The translations under genes were made by a program, and so were the position numbers. The notes beneath the pieces were generated by a model. The model was not told the DNA's origin. It did not search any database and worked only from the letters and a program-made list of their open reading frames with translations. From contig JBNRSN020000010.1 of the NCBI GenBank assembly GCA_051313645.2, positions 209,870,001 to 209,934,000 of the forward strand: a stretch of DNA of 64,000 bases, written 5' to 3'. The stretch is from Centroscyllium fabricii. Taxonomy: Eukaryota. Shown here one piece after another: positions 13,193-24,314 of this stretch. Every line of letters begins with the position of its first letter. Positions within the stretch are counted from its first letter, which is position 1.

Positions 13193-14014
13193 ATGTACGA
13201 TTATCTTATTTGTATGCCCATTTGGGCATTTGTATTTTGTCTATGTACAATTGTGATTTTTAGTGTGTATGTTAATGTGTTAATAGAAGACCATTATCAG
13301 AAGAGCGCTCGTAAGGCTGAGAGTCAGCCTTTAGTTAAAGGCAATGATGGGAAGATTGATAGGTTTAGATATGATTACATTGGAGACATTAGGCCACCTG
13401 CAAGACAGGAAGCGAGTACTAAATGCTAACACCTTTTTAGATAAAGGCAAACGAGCTATAACTGAGATAAAAGATTGTATGGAACGGCTAGATTAGCAGC
13501 AGAGATTAGGAACAACGCACCAATTCTTGAAAGAGTAGCCAATGACACCGCGGATGCACTTTCGGGTATAAACACCGAATTGATAGCAACCAGAACAGTT
13601 GCCTCCCAGAATAGAATGGCATTAGACTACTTGTTAGCGGAGAAAGGGGGTACGTGCGCTCTAATTGGACAAGAATGTTGCACGTATATCCCCGACAGTT
13701 CAGAGAACGTAACCAATTTGGTAGCTCATATTAGAAAGACAGTTAAAGGATTAAATCAGGCCCCCGCCCCAGGGTGGCTTGGCTGGCTAGGGCTCACCGG
13801 ATGGGGTCCCTGGGTGGCGCACATATTACTCGTGATCATTGCTATATGCATAGCCATGTGCTGCTTGTTAACGATTATTAAGATATGCTGCAAGGCTGCT
13901 ATTACACAAATAATGCCTGTAAGCGCTACTGGAATCGATACTGGAATTGATACCCTGTTAACCGAAAAAGATGAGCAGAAGAAAGAAGACTGGTACGACA
14001 ACTTGTTGGAGTAA
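13193..14014 (+). pseudogene. env: ERV env remnant: hydrophobic leader ORF (13193-13429) plus open TM subunit (13475-14014); most of SU missing
   Basis: QNRMALDYLLAEKGGTCALIGQECC (immunosuppressive domain plus CX6CC) and a membrane anchor ILLVIIAICIAMCCLLTII; splice-acceptor-like TTTTTGTATCTGCTTTACAG ends at 13183. Confidence 0.9.
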
Positions 14015-14777
14015 ATGTCAGTGGCTGTAAGCGTCAGCACTGTGAAGATCGATCGATGGTCACCTGGGTCAAGCACGACCTTCCCGGGACCAAAAGGAGG
14101 GAGTTGTTGGAGTAAAATTTCGGATATGGCAACGTTATTAAAAATAAAGTTTGGACACTGGAAATAAAAGACTTTTCAAAGGCATAAGAAACATCAATAA
14201 AGGGTTAACAGGGTAAAACTGAAAGGACTGACAAAGAAATGAATTCAAATGTATTAAGGCATTACGGAATATTCTAGAAGCACACAAACAGGCTATGAGA
14301 AAGTTAAGGAGTGAATCTCCAAGGCTACATTCAATTAAAAGATAGTATGCAGACAAAGAACATAGAGAAATTACTTCATAAAAGCTATAGAGTAGTGACA
14401 GATGCCCGATAAGGAAAGTTGTTTACTTCATGGAAGCGGTAGAATAGGGACAGGTGCACGTTAAGGGGAGCGTATTGACGTGGGTTAAAGGGTATTGATT
14501 TAATTGGTTATTAATGATGTAAGGAAATAAACTGGCGCGAATGCTCTTTGAAATTGTATAAGAATGGCTGTTTTTGAGCTGTATTCTGAGAGAGTGTTAT
14601 GATACACATCTCTCCCGAAGCTTCGTTCGAAAATAAAGATTTATACTCTCGCATTTTGAACAAACAATTTGAGTTGAGTTTTTATTACTCTGGGATTAGG
14701 CTGAGTACGTGTCGACGGCTCTTCACGAGTCGCCCGCTGAGGCTTCAGCTATTTCATACATAAATTTTAAGACAACA

Positions 14778-15060
14778 TTGGGAATAGCATCCCCTGTGTA
14801 TATTATAGGGAATAGCAGCCCCTGTGTATATTATAGGGAATAGCAGCCCCTGTGTATATTATAGAGAACAGCATCCCCTGTGTATATTATAGGGAATAGC
14901 ATCCACTGTGTATATTATAGGGAATAGCAGCCCCTGTGTATATTATAGGGAATAGCAGCCCCTGTGTATATTATAGAGAATAGCAGCCCCTGTGTATATT
15001 AAAGAGAGTACCAGCCCCTGTGTATATTATAGAGAATAGCAGCCCCTGTGTATATTATAG
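14778..15060. repeat. 28-bp satellite B, segment 2
   Basis: Same unit resumes after the ERV TSD. Confidence 0.95.
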
Positions 15061-15727
15061 GTAAATCGTTCTTGACTAATCTCCTGGAATTCTTTGAGGA
15101 TGTAACTGGTAAAATAGATAAGGGAGAACCAGTGGATGTGGTGTATTTGGGCTTTCAGAAGGCTTTCGATAAGGTCCCGCATAAGAGATTAGCCTGCAAA
15201 ATTAAGGCACATGGGATTGGGGGTAAGGTATTGACTTGGATAGAGAACTGGTTGGCAGACAGAAAGCAAAGAATTGGAATAAACGGCTCTTTTTCCGAGT
15301 GGCAGGCAGTGACTAGTGGGGTACCGCAAGGATCGGTCCTTGGACCCCAGCTATTCACAATATATATTAATGATCTAGACAAGGGAACTAGATGTAATAT
15401 CTCCAAGTTTGCATACGACACAAAGCTAGGTGGGCATGTGTGCTGTGAAGAGGATGCCGAGAAACTCCAGTATGATTTGGACAGGTTGGGTGATTGGGCA
15501 GAAGCATGGCAGATGCAATATAACGTGGATAAATGCGAGGTTATCCACTTTAGTGTCAAAAACAGGAAGGCAGATTATCTGAATGGCAATAGATTGGGAG
15601 AAGGGGAAGTGCAACAAGACCTGGTTGTCCTTGTGCACCAGTCGCTGAAGGTAAGCATGCAGGTGCAGCAGGCAGTTAAAAAGGCAAATGGTATGTTGGT
15701 CTTCGTAGCGAGAGGGTTTGAGTACAC

Positions 15728-18700
15728 TGTTGTGCTGCAGGACTTCAGTAATCACACAGAGCCAGAGCTAAGGAAAAACACGTCTTTACTCAACTAGTTT
15801 CAACATGGAAGAGACAGAACCACGCGGTACAAACATATTTAAAACAGTCCCGCCGTTGGTGATGTCATCACGTCCGCCGACGTGGTGACGTAGTCGCATC
15901 ACCCGGATGAGCGGGCTGTGCTCCGCGGAGCCCCGTTGGCGGATTCGATCTCCCAGCGGGTGTGCCGCTACACAGCTCCCCCCAGAATCCGTCCGGGAGA
16001 AATAGATTAAAGTGTCTATGTGTGCCGTTGGGGCGGTCGGATGATGCGGCCGGACCGTGTTGCTAGCAGTTGGTGGTTCTGCGTTGGAGTGTGGACGGGT
16101 TTTGGTGCGGGAGGGCGACCGCGTTGTGGTGGTTGTGCGGGGACCGTGGTCTCGCCCGCTGTCACATGTGCCGGCTTGAGCCGGTCTATTGTTACCGTTT
16201 CAGTCCTTTTGCCCATTTGCAATTCAAAAGTCTTGTTTCCCGCCCGAAGCACTCTATAAGGGCCATCGTAAGGTGGCTGTAAAGGGGCTCGGTGCCCGTC
16301 TCGTCGGATGAACACCCATTTGGCGTTTTTGATGTCTTCTGGCACCCGAGCTGCCAGCTCTCCATGCCGGGCCACTGGTAGTGGTTGAAAAGCTCGTGCC
16401 GGGTTTGCCCAGTCCTTTAAATACTGGTCTGCTGACCAGGGGGCGTTGGCCTCAGCCAAAAATTCGCCCGGTACCGTTAAAGCCTGGCCGTAGACGAGCT
16501 CTGCTGCTGAGGCGTTGAGGTCCTCTTTAACTGCCGACCGCAGCCCGAGGAGAACCCATGGAAGGCGGTCGGTCCATGAAGCGTCTTTCAGTGTGGCCCG
16601 AAGTGATGCCTTCATTGAGCGATGGAACCGTTCGCATAGGCCGTTCGCCTGTGGATGGTATGCGGTGGTCCTGTGTAGTGTCACCCCAAGGTCGCGGGCG
16701 ATGGCCGCCCATAATGTCGACGTGAACTGGGGTCCTCTGTCGGAGGTGATGTCTGTGGGCACGCCGAATCGGGCGACCCATGTGGCGATGAACGCCCTGG
16801 CCAGGTCCGTGGTGTTGGTGGCAGTAAGGGGAACTGCTTCAGGCCAGCGAGTGTTGCGGTCGACCATGGTCAGTAGGTGCGTGTGTCCGCGGGATGCTGG
16901 TAGTGGCCCGACGAGGTCAATATGGACGTGGTCAAAGCGTCTGGCCGGTACCTTAAAATTTTCCAGCGGTGCCCTGATGTGCTTGTGCACTTTGGAGCGC
17001 TGGCAGGCTATGCAGGAAGTGGCCCAGGCGCGGACGTCTTTGCGCAGGCCGCGCCATACAAACCGGGCCGATATAAGTTTAGTGGACGCGCGGACGCCGG
17101 GGTGGGACAGGTCGTGGAGGGTCGTGAAGATTCGTTCCCTCCAAGCGGGGGGTACGACGGGCCTGGGTTGCGATAACGAAACGTCGCAGCAAACGACGGT
17201 GGCAGCGGGGCCGTGCGCGACATTGGCCAAGCGTAGGCCGGGAAGTTTAGTGGCTGCGTTGAGTAGGTCAGGATCGGCCAGCTGGTCCGCGGCCAGCAGG
17301 GCGTAATCAACTGCCATTTGGGCGGCGTTGATAGTGGGGCGTGAAAGGCAGTCAGCGACCACATTGTCGCGGCCGGAAATATGTTGAATGTCGGTTGTAA
17401 ATTCCGACACGGCCGTGATTTGGCGCTGCTGCCTGGCCGACCAGGGTTCAGCGGCCTTAGCCATCGCAAACGTGAGTGGCTTGTGGTCGGTGAAGGCTGT
17501 AAAGTGTCGGCCCTCCAGGAGGAAACGAAAGTGTCGCACCGCCAGATGGAGAGCTAGTAGCTCCCTATCGAAGGCGCTGTATTTTACCTCTGGGGGCCGG
17601 AGTTGCCGGCTGAAAAAGGCCAGGGGTTGCCACGCGTTGCCGGTCCACTGCTCAAAAACGGCCCCGACGGCGTAGTCGGAGGCGTCGGTGGTGAGGGCTA
17701 CTCTGGCGTTGGGCCTAGGGTGGGCTAGGAGGGTGGCGTTTGCCAGGGCGGTTTTGGTTGCGGTGAATGCGGTGGCGGCTTCGGCCGTCCACTCGACTGC
17801 AGCCTTGTTGGACTGCCCGCGGGTGGCCTGGTATAAGGGGGCCATGAGAGCGGCTGCTCCCGGGATGAAGCGATTATAAAAGTTGACCATGCCTAAAAAT
17901 TCCTGCAGCCCCTTAATGGAGTGCGGGCGGGGAAATTCCTGTACCGCCTGTGCCTTAGAGGGTAGGGGTATGGCCCCTGCTTGGGAAATGCGGTGGCCGA
18001 GGAAGTCGATGGTCTCGAGGCCGAATTTGCATTTGATGGGGCTAAGGATAAGGCCGTGTTCGGTGAGGCGCTGGAACAGGGTCCTGAGGTGCAGGAGGTG
18101 TTCCTGAGGGGAGGTGCTGGCCACGAGAATGTCGTCCAAATAGACGAAAATGAACTTCAAGTCCCGTAGGACTGAGTCCATGAGGCGCTGGAAGGCCTGG
18201 GCCGCATTTTTAAGGCCGAAGGGCATCCTCAGGAATTCGAAGAGCCCGAAGGGGGTAATCACGGCCGTTTTGGGAATGTCCGCCGAGTGTACGGGCACCT
18301 GGTGGTAGCCACGCACCAGGTCGATCTTAGAAAAGATCGTGCGCCCTGCCAATCTGGCGGAAAAATCCTGGATGTGGGGTACGGGGTACCTATCCGGGGT
18401 AGTGGCGTTGTTGAGGCGGCGGTAGTCGCCGCAGGGGCGCCAACCTCCGTCGGGCTTGGGGGCTATGTGGAGCGGGGAGGACCAGGGGCTGCTGGAGCGG
18501 CGGATTATACCGAGTTGTTCCATAGTGCGGAACTCGGTGATTGCGATCTCCAGCTTGGCTGGGTCGAGCCTACGGGCGTGTGCATGGACGGGAGGACCTG
18601 TGGTCGTTATATAGTGTTCCACCCCGTGTTTGGCCTTGCGGGCGGTGAACGTGGGGTTGGTAAGGGCGGGGAATTCCGCCAGGAGCGTGCCGTAGGCATC

Positions 18701-20180
18701 GGGGTCCTTGGAGCGGCATTGGGCTGCCGCGTGGGCCAGGAGTGCGGGCCCTGTGGAACATGGGATGGTCGTCATGGTGTTTAAGTTCACCAAGCGGCGC
18801 CGAGTTACATCGACCAGTAGGCCGTTGGCGCAGAGGAAGTCTGCCCCGAGGAGGGGAGAGGTGACCTGGGCCGTTACAAACTCCCAGGTGTACGTGTGGC
18901 TTGCAAGGGTAATGGTAAGCTCGCGGGTGCCGTACGTTTTTATGTTGGACCCGTTGGCTGCCGCTAGTGGCGGGCCCCGGGTGCCCCGTTTGGTTTCTGC
19001 GGGGGAGGCTGGCACGATGCTGTGCTGCGCGCCTGTGTCGCAGAGGAACCTGAGGCCGGTGCCGCTGTCTGTGGCGAAGAGGAGTGCTCCTGTGTGGCCT
19101 ACAGACATGGTGGAGGCTGAGTTGGGTCTGGGTTTAAACGCGCATGGCTGTACGCAGCGGTGCGCTTTGTGCTCAAACCGCGTGTGATAGTAGCACCAGC
19201 CGGTGCTAGAGGGACGCGGTTGTCTAGGCGGGCGCGGGGCCCTAGATTCGGGCATAAAATTGTGCCTGGGGGGTGAATAGTTGCGCTCTACCGATGCCGA
19301 GTTAGGGGTGCACGTGGTGGAGCTGGTGCGCTGCGCTGCCATCAGCCTGTCGGCTTCCTCGCCGAGTTCATCGTCGCTACGATGGGCTAGGGCCGCCAAG
19401 GCCGGTCTGATGGCGCGGGGCAATTTGAGGAGGAAGACTGTGCGGAATAGGGTGGCAGGATTGGGAGTGAGCGCCTGCATCTGACCTAGGAGGTCCGATG
19501 GGTCTGCGTCCCCGAGTTCGGGGAGGTCGAGGAGCTGGCAGTCGCGCTCAAACTGGGAAGGGGTAAACTTCTTAATTAGCGCGGCCTTAAGCGTTTCATA
19601 CCTGCCTGCAGAGGGCATGCGCTGGATCATTGACCACATCCTATCGACGGTCGTTTGTGGCAGGGCTGTGAACACCAAGTCGTAGCGGTCGTCCCCGTTG
19701 ATGCCATTTGAACGGCAGCTGGCTTCTATGCAGCTGAACCAGGCCACTGGCCGTTGCTCCCAGAACTCGGGCAAAACAAGTCCGCGCCCGGTGCTCCGTC
19801 CAGCTCCCTGTGATCGTGGAGCTTGGTTCCTTGTGTTGGACATGTTTTATTTAAAAGTCCTTGGCTGGAGTTCCCAAATCCTGTAGCAGCTTTTTTTCTT
19901 TACTGGAATTCGTTCCAGTCGTCGAGGGTCACCACTGTTGTGCTGCAGGACTTCAGTAATCACACAGAGCCAGAGCTAAGGAAAAACACGTCTTTACTCA
20001 ACTAGTTTCAACATGGAAGAGACAGAACCACGCGGTACAAACATATTTAAAACAGTCCCGCCGTTGGTGACGTCATCACGTCCGCCGACGTGGTGACGTA
20101 GTCGCATCACCCGGATGAGCGGGCTGCGCTCCGCGGAGCCCCGTTGGCGGATTCGATCTCCCAGCGGGTGTGCCGCTACA
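15728..20180 (-). mobile_element. Full-length Gypsy LTR retrotransposon, CsRN1-like
   Basis: 245-bp LTRs (15728-15972, 19936-20180; 2 mismatches seen); tRNA-Trp-type PBS TGGTGACCCTCGACG (19920-19934, minus); PPT GGATTCTGGGGGGAG; 4-bp TSD ACAC/ACAG. Confidence 0.95.
16016..19843 (-). CDS. Gag-Pol polyprotein, 1275 aa, uninterrupted
   Basis: CYYH...C...C (CHCC) gag knuckle, protease LCDTGA, RT YLDD, RNase H TDASD...[10 protein letters not shown], integrase HHCC and DDE (HIDLVGP, SDRG, LCERFH), GPY motif. Confidence 0.95.
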   Translation of the reverse strand: MSNTRNQAPRSQGAGRSTGRGLVLPEFWEQRPVAWFSCIEASCRSNGINGDDRYDLVFTALPQTTVDRMWSMIQRMPSAGRYETLKAALIKKFTPSQFERDCQLLDLPELGDADPSDLLGQMQALTPNPATLFRTVFLLKLPRAIRPALAALAHRSDDELGEEADRLMAAQRTSSTTCTPNSASVERNYSPPRHNFMPESRAPRPPRQPRPSSTGWCYYHTRFEHKAHRCVQPCAFKPRPNSASTMSVGHTGALLFATDSGTGLRFLCDTGAQHSIVPASPAETKRGTRGPPLAAANGSNIKTYGTRELTITLASHTYTWEFVTAQVTSPLLGADFLCANGLLVDVTRRRLVNLNTMTTIPCSTGPALLAHAAAQCRSKDPDAYGTLLAEFPALTNPTFTARKAKHGVEHYITTTGPPVHAHARRLDPAKLEIAITEFRTMEQLGIIRRSSSPWSSPLHIAPKPDGGWRPCGDYRRLNNATTPDRYPVPHIQDFSARLAGRTIFSKIDLVRGYHQVPVHSADIPKTAVITPFGLFEFLRMPFGLKNAAQAFQRLMDSVLRDLKFIFVYLDDILVASTSPQEHLLHLRTLFQRLTEHGLILSPIKCKFGLETIDFLGHRISQAGAIPLPSKAQAVQEFPRPHSIKGLQEFLGMVNFYNRFIPGAAALMAPLYQATRGQSNKAAVEWTAEAATAFTATKTALANATLLAHPRPNARVALTTDASDYAVGAVFEQWTGNAWQPLAFFSRQLRPPEVKYSAFDRELLALHLAVRHFRFLLEGRHFTAFTDHKPLTFAMAKAAEPWSARQQRQITAVSEFTTDIQHISGRDNVVADCLSRPTINAAQMAVDYALLAADQLADPDLLNAATKLPGLRLANVAHGPAATVVCCDVSLSQPRPVVPPAWRERIFTTLHDLSHPGVRASTKLISARFVWRGLRKDVRAWATSCIACQRSKVHKHIRAPLENFKVPARRFDHVHIDLVGPLPASRGHTHLLTMVDRNTRWPEAVPLTATNTTDLARAFIATWVARFGVPTDITSDRGPQFTSTLWAAIARDLGVTLHRTTAYHPQANGLCERFHRSMKASLRATLKDASWTDRLPWVLLGLRSAVKEDLNASAAELVYGQALTVPGEFLAEANAPWSADQYLKDWANPARAFQPLPVARHGELAARVPEDIKNAKWVFIRRDGHRAPLQPPYDGPYRVLRAGNKTFELQMGKRTETVTIDRLKPAHVTAGETTVPAQPPQRGRPPAPKPVHTPTQNHQLLATRSGRIIRPPQRHT

Positions 20181-20787
20181 ACAGGAGCAATGATGTCTTG
20201 CTGCAGTTATACAGGGCCTTGGTGAGACCACATCTTGAGTATTGTGTGCAGTTTTGGTCGCCTTATCTAAGGAAGGATGTTCTTGCCATGGAAGGAGTGC
20301 AGTAAAGATTCACCAGACTGATACCTGGGATGGCAGGAATGACGTATGGGGAGAGATTGGGACGATTGGGCTTATACTCGCTGGAGTTTAGAAGAATGCG
20401 AGGGGATCTCATTGAAACGTATAAAATTCTAACAGGACTGGACAGACTTGATGCAAGGCGGGTGTTCCCAATGGTGGAGGAGTCCAGAACCAGGGGTCAC
20501 AGTCTAAGGACAAGGGGTAAGCCATTTAGGACAGAGATGAGGAGGAATTTCTTCACCCAGAGAGTGGGGAACCTGTGGAATTCTCTACCACAGAAGGCAG
20601 TGGAGGCCAATTCATTAAATATATACAAGCAGGAGTTGGATATATTTCTTAAGGCTAAAGGGATCAAGCGATATAGAGAGAAAGCAGGGACAGGGTACAG
20701 ACTTTGGATCTATGATCGCATTGAATGGTGGAGCAGGCACGAGGGGCCGAATGGCCGACTCACGCTCCAAGCTTCTATGTTTCTATA

Positions 20788-23275
20788 GAGAATAGCAGCC
20801 CCTGTGTATATTATAGAGAGTAGCAGCCCCTGTGTATATTATAGAGAATAGCAGCCCCTGTGTATATTATAGAGACTAGCAGCCCCTGTGTATATTATAG
20901 AGAATAGCAGCCCCTGTGTATATTATAGAGACTAGCAGCCCCTGTGTATGTTATAGGGAATAGCAGCCCCTGTGTATATAAAAGGGGAATAGCAGCCCCT
21001 GTGTATATTATAGAGAATACCAGCCCCTGTGTATATTATGGGGAATAGTAGCCCCTGTGTATATTATGGAGAATAACAGCCCGTGTGTATATTATAGAGA
21101 ATAGCAGCCCGTGTGTATATTATAGGGAATAGCAGCCGCTGTGTACAGTATGGAGAATAGCAGCCCCTGTGTATATTACAGAGAATAGCAGCCCCTGTGT
21201 ATATTATAGGGAATAACAGCCCCTGTGTATATTATAGAGAATAGCAGCCCCTGTGTATATTATAGGGAAGAGCAGCCCCTGTGTATATTATAGAGAATAA
21301 CAGCCCCTGTGTATATTATAGAGAATAGCAGCCCCTGTGTATATTATAGAGAATAACAGCCCCTGTGTATATTATAGAGAATAGCAGCCCCTGTGTATAT
21401 TATAGAGAATAGCAGCCCCTGTGTATATTATGGAGAATAGCAGCCCCTGTGTATATTATAGAGAATAGCAGCCCCTGTGTATATTATGGAGAATAGCAGC
21501 CCCTGTGTATATTATAGAGAATAGCAGCCCCTGTGTATATTATAGAGAATACCAGCCCCTGTGTATATTATGGGGAATAGTAGCCCCTGTGTATATTATG
21601 GAGAATAACAGCCCGTGTGTATATTATAGAGAATAGCAGCCCGTGTGTATATTATAGGGAATAGCAGCCGCTGTGTATAGCATGGAGAATAGCAGCCCCT
21701 GTGTATATTACAGAGAATAGCAGCCCCTGTGTATATTATAGAGAATAACAGCCCCTGTGTATATTATAGAGAATAGCAGCCCCTGTGTATATTATAGAGA
21801 ATAGCAGCCCCTGTGTATATTATAGAGAATAGCAGCCCCTGTGTATAATAGAGAATAGCAGCCCCTGTGTATATTATGGAGAATAGCAGCCCCTGTGTAT
21901 ATTATAGGGAATAGCAGCCCCTGTGAAAATTATAGGGAATAGCAGCCCGTGTGTATATTATAGAGAATAGCAGCCCCTGTGTATATTATAGGGAATAGCA
22001 GCCCATGTGTATATTATAGAGAATAACAGCCCCTGTGTATATTATAGAGAATAGCAGCCCCTGTGTATATTATAGAGAATAACAGCCCCTGTGTATATTA
22101 TAGAGAATAGCAGCCCCTGTGTATATTATAGAGAATAGCAGCCCCTGTGTATATTATAGAGAATAGCAGCCCCTGTGTATATTATAGAGAATAGCAGCCC
22201 CTGTGTATATTATAGAGAATAACAGCCCCTGTGTATATTATAGAGAATAGCAGCCCCTGTGTATATTATAGAGAATAGCAGCCCCTGTGTATATTATAGA
22301 GAATAGCAGCCCCTGTGTATATTATAGAGAATAGCAGCCCCTGTGTATATTATAGAGAATAGCAGCCCCTGTGTATATTATAGAGAATAACAGCCCCTGT
22401 GTATATTATACAGAATAGCAGCCCCTGTGTATATTATGGAGAATAGCAGCCCCTGTGTATATTATGGAGAATAGCAGCCCATGTGTATATTATACAGAAT
22501 AGCAGCCCCTGTTTATACTATAGGGAATGGCAGCCCCTGTGTATATTATACAGAATAGAAGCCCCTGTGTATATTATAGAGAATAGCAGCCCCTGTGTAT
22601 ATTATACAGAATAGCAGCCCCTGTGTATATTATACAGAATAGAAGCCCCTGTGTATATTATACAGAATAGCAGCCCCTGTGTATATTATACAGAATAGAA
22701 GCCCCTGTGTATATTAGAGAATAGCAGCCCCTGTGTATATTATACAGAATAGCAGCCCCTGTGTATATTATACAGAATAGCAGCCCCTGTGTATATTATG
22801 GAGAATAGCAGCCCCTGTGTATATTATGGAGAATAGCAGTACCTGTGTATATTATAGAGAATAGCAGCCCCTGTGTATATTATACAGAATAGCAGCCCCT
22901 GTGTATATTATGGAGAATAGCAGCCCCTGTGTATATTATGGAGAATAGCAGTACCTGTGTATATTATACAGAATAGCAGCCCCTGTGTATATTATGGAGA
23001 ATAGCAGCCCCTGTGTATACTATAGGGAATAGCAGCTCCTGTGTATATTATAGAGAATAGCAGCCCCTGTGTATATTATAGAGAATAGCAGACCCTGTGT
23101 ATATTATGGAGAATAGCAGTACCTGTGTATATTATAGAGAATAGCAGCCCCTGTGTATATTATGGAGAATAGCAGCACCTGTGTATATTATAGGGAATAG
23201 CAGCCCCCTGTGTATATTATAGCGAATAGCAGCCACTGTGTATATTATAGGGAATAGCAGCCACTGTGTATGTTA
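20788..23275. repeat. 28-bp satellite B, segment 3
   Basis: Same unit resumes directly after the CR1 tail. Confidence 0.97.
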
Positions 23276-23889
23276 TGTTAATATAAACTTGTTAACTCCG
23301 GGAGTATTGCAGTTCGGGATGAATGCCTTTGTACGGTGTCATTGTTCAGGCTGATTTTTATGTAAATATTATTTAAAATAAAAATGTGAAAGTGAGTCAT
23401 TAATTTGTCCCTGACAATTCTCTGCTTCCAAATATCTTTATTTGAAATCTGTCGCACCCACTGTACTTGTTAGTGTAAATGGCATTGAGGAGAATGCTGC
23501 CATTCTGTGTTACATCCCTCCCGTATCCCCTTATTGTACTAAAGAATCACATCACACAGGAAACTCGCCCCTTTGTGGCCACTTCTCTTTTCCATCGTCA
23601 CTAGCAACTGCAGTTATGCGAGATTACGGTGTGAAAAGAGCAGAGGATTCCCAAAACCTGACTCGCTGCAGTCCAAACTTGAAGACAGTTACTCACAGAA
23701 AACATCCTCGCTCATAATTTTCACTCTGTGCAGCATTTGAGAGGCAGAGAGCGAGAGAGTCAGCGACAGAGACAGAGCCTTCTGGGAGAAATGACAAAAA
23801 TGTTCCTCCCTCTCCCCTCTCTCTCCCTCCCTCCTCCCCTCTCTCCCTCCCTCCTCCCCTCTCCCTCCCTCCTCACCTCCCTCCCTCTG

Positions 23890-24300
23890 AAAGTGTGGCA
23901 CTCCCTCAGTACTGACGCTCCAACAGTGAGGCGCTCCCTCAGTACTGCGCCTCCGACAGTGCAGCACTCTCTCAGTACTGACCCTCTGACAGTGAGGCGC
24001 TCCCTCAGTACTGACCCTCTGACAGTGAGGCGCTCCCTCAGTACTGCGCCTCCGACAGTGCAGCACTCTCTCAGTACTGCCCCTCCGACAGTGCGGCGCT
24101 CCCTCAGTACTGCGCCTCCGACAGTGAGGCGCTCCCTCAGTACTGCGCCTCTGACAGTGAGGCGCTCCCTCAGTACTGCGCCTCCGACAGTGCAGCGCTC
24201 TCTTAGTACTGCGCCTCTGATAGTGCAGCGCTCCCTCAGTACTGCCCCTCTGACAATGCGTCGCTCCCTCACTACTGCCCCTCCAACAATGCAGCACTGG
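23890..24300. repeat. 33-bp minisatellite (CTCCCTCAGTACTGCGCCTCCGACAGTGCAGCG) derived from a Deu-domain SINE core
   Basis: About 12 units; the unit matches the single-copy segment CCTCCGACAGTGCAGCACTCCCTCAG in SINEs at 39316, 45636 and 60780. Confidence 0.9.
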
Positions 24301-24314
24301 ATTATTAGCCTGGG

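Larger units (their letters stand above)
9019..14777 (+). mobile_element. Endogenous retrovirus (class I, gamma/epsilon-like), internally deleted provirus
   Basis: 673-bp LTRs TGTTGG...CAACA at 9019-9691 and 14105-14777; 4-bp TSD TTGG; PBS; PPT AAAAGGAGGGAG (14092-14103); gag, RT, IN and env remnants in retroviral order. Confidence 0.95.
15061..20787 (+). mobile_element. 5'-truncated CR1 LINE (RT to 3' tail) inserted in satellite B and split by a Gypsy element at 15728-20180
   Basis: LTNLLEFFEDVT...SGVPQGSVLGPQLFTIYINDL...ARGFEY continues after the Gypsy as RSNDVLLQLYRALVRPHLEYCVQFWSP...FFTQRV; ends in a TTCTATGT tail. Confidence 0.92.

Noticed and set aside
16020-19886. Many plus-strand ORFs overlapping the Gypsy polyprotein
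   Set aside because: Shadow ORFs caused by high GC content on the antisense strand.
3190-23275. CRISPR-like appearance of the 28-bp repeats
   Set aside because: Units are head-to-tail with no unique spacers, there are no cas genes, and the context is eukaryotic.
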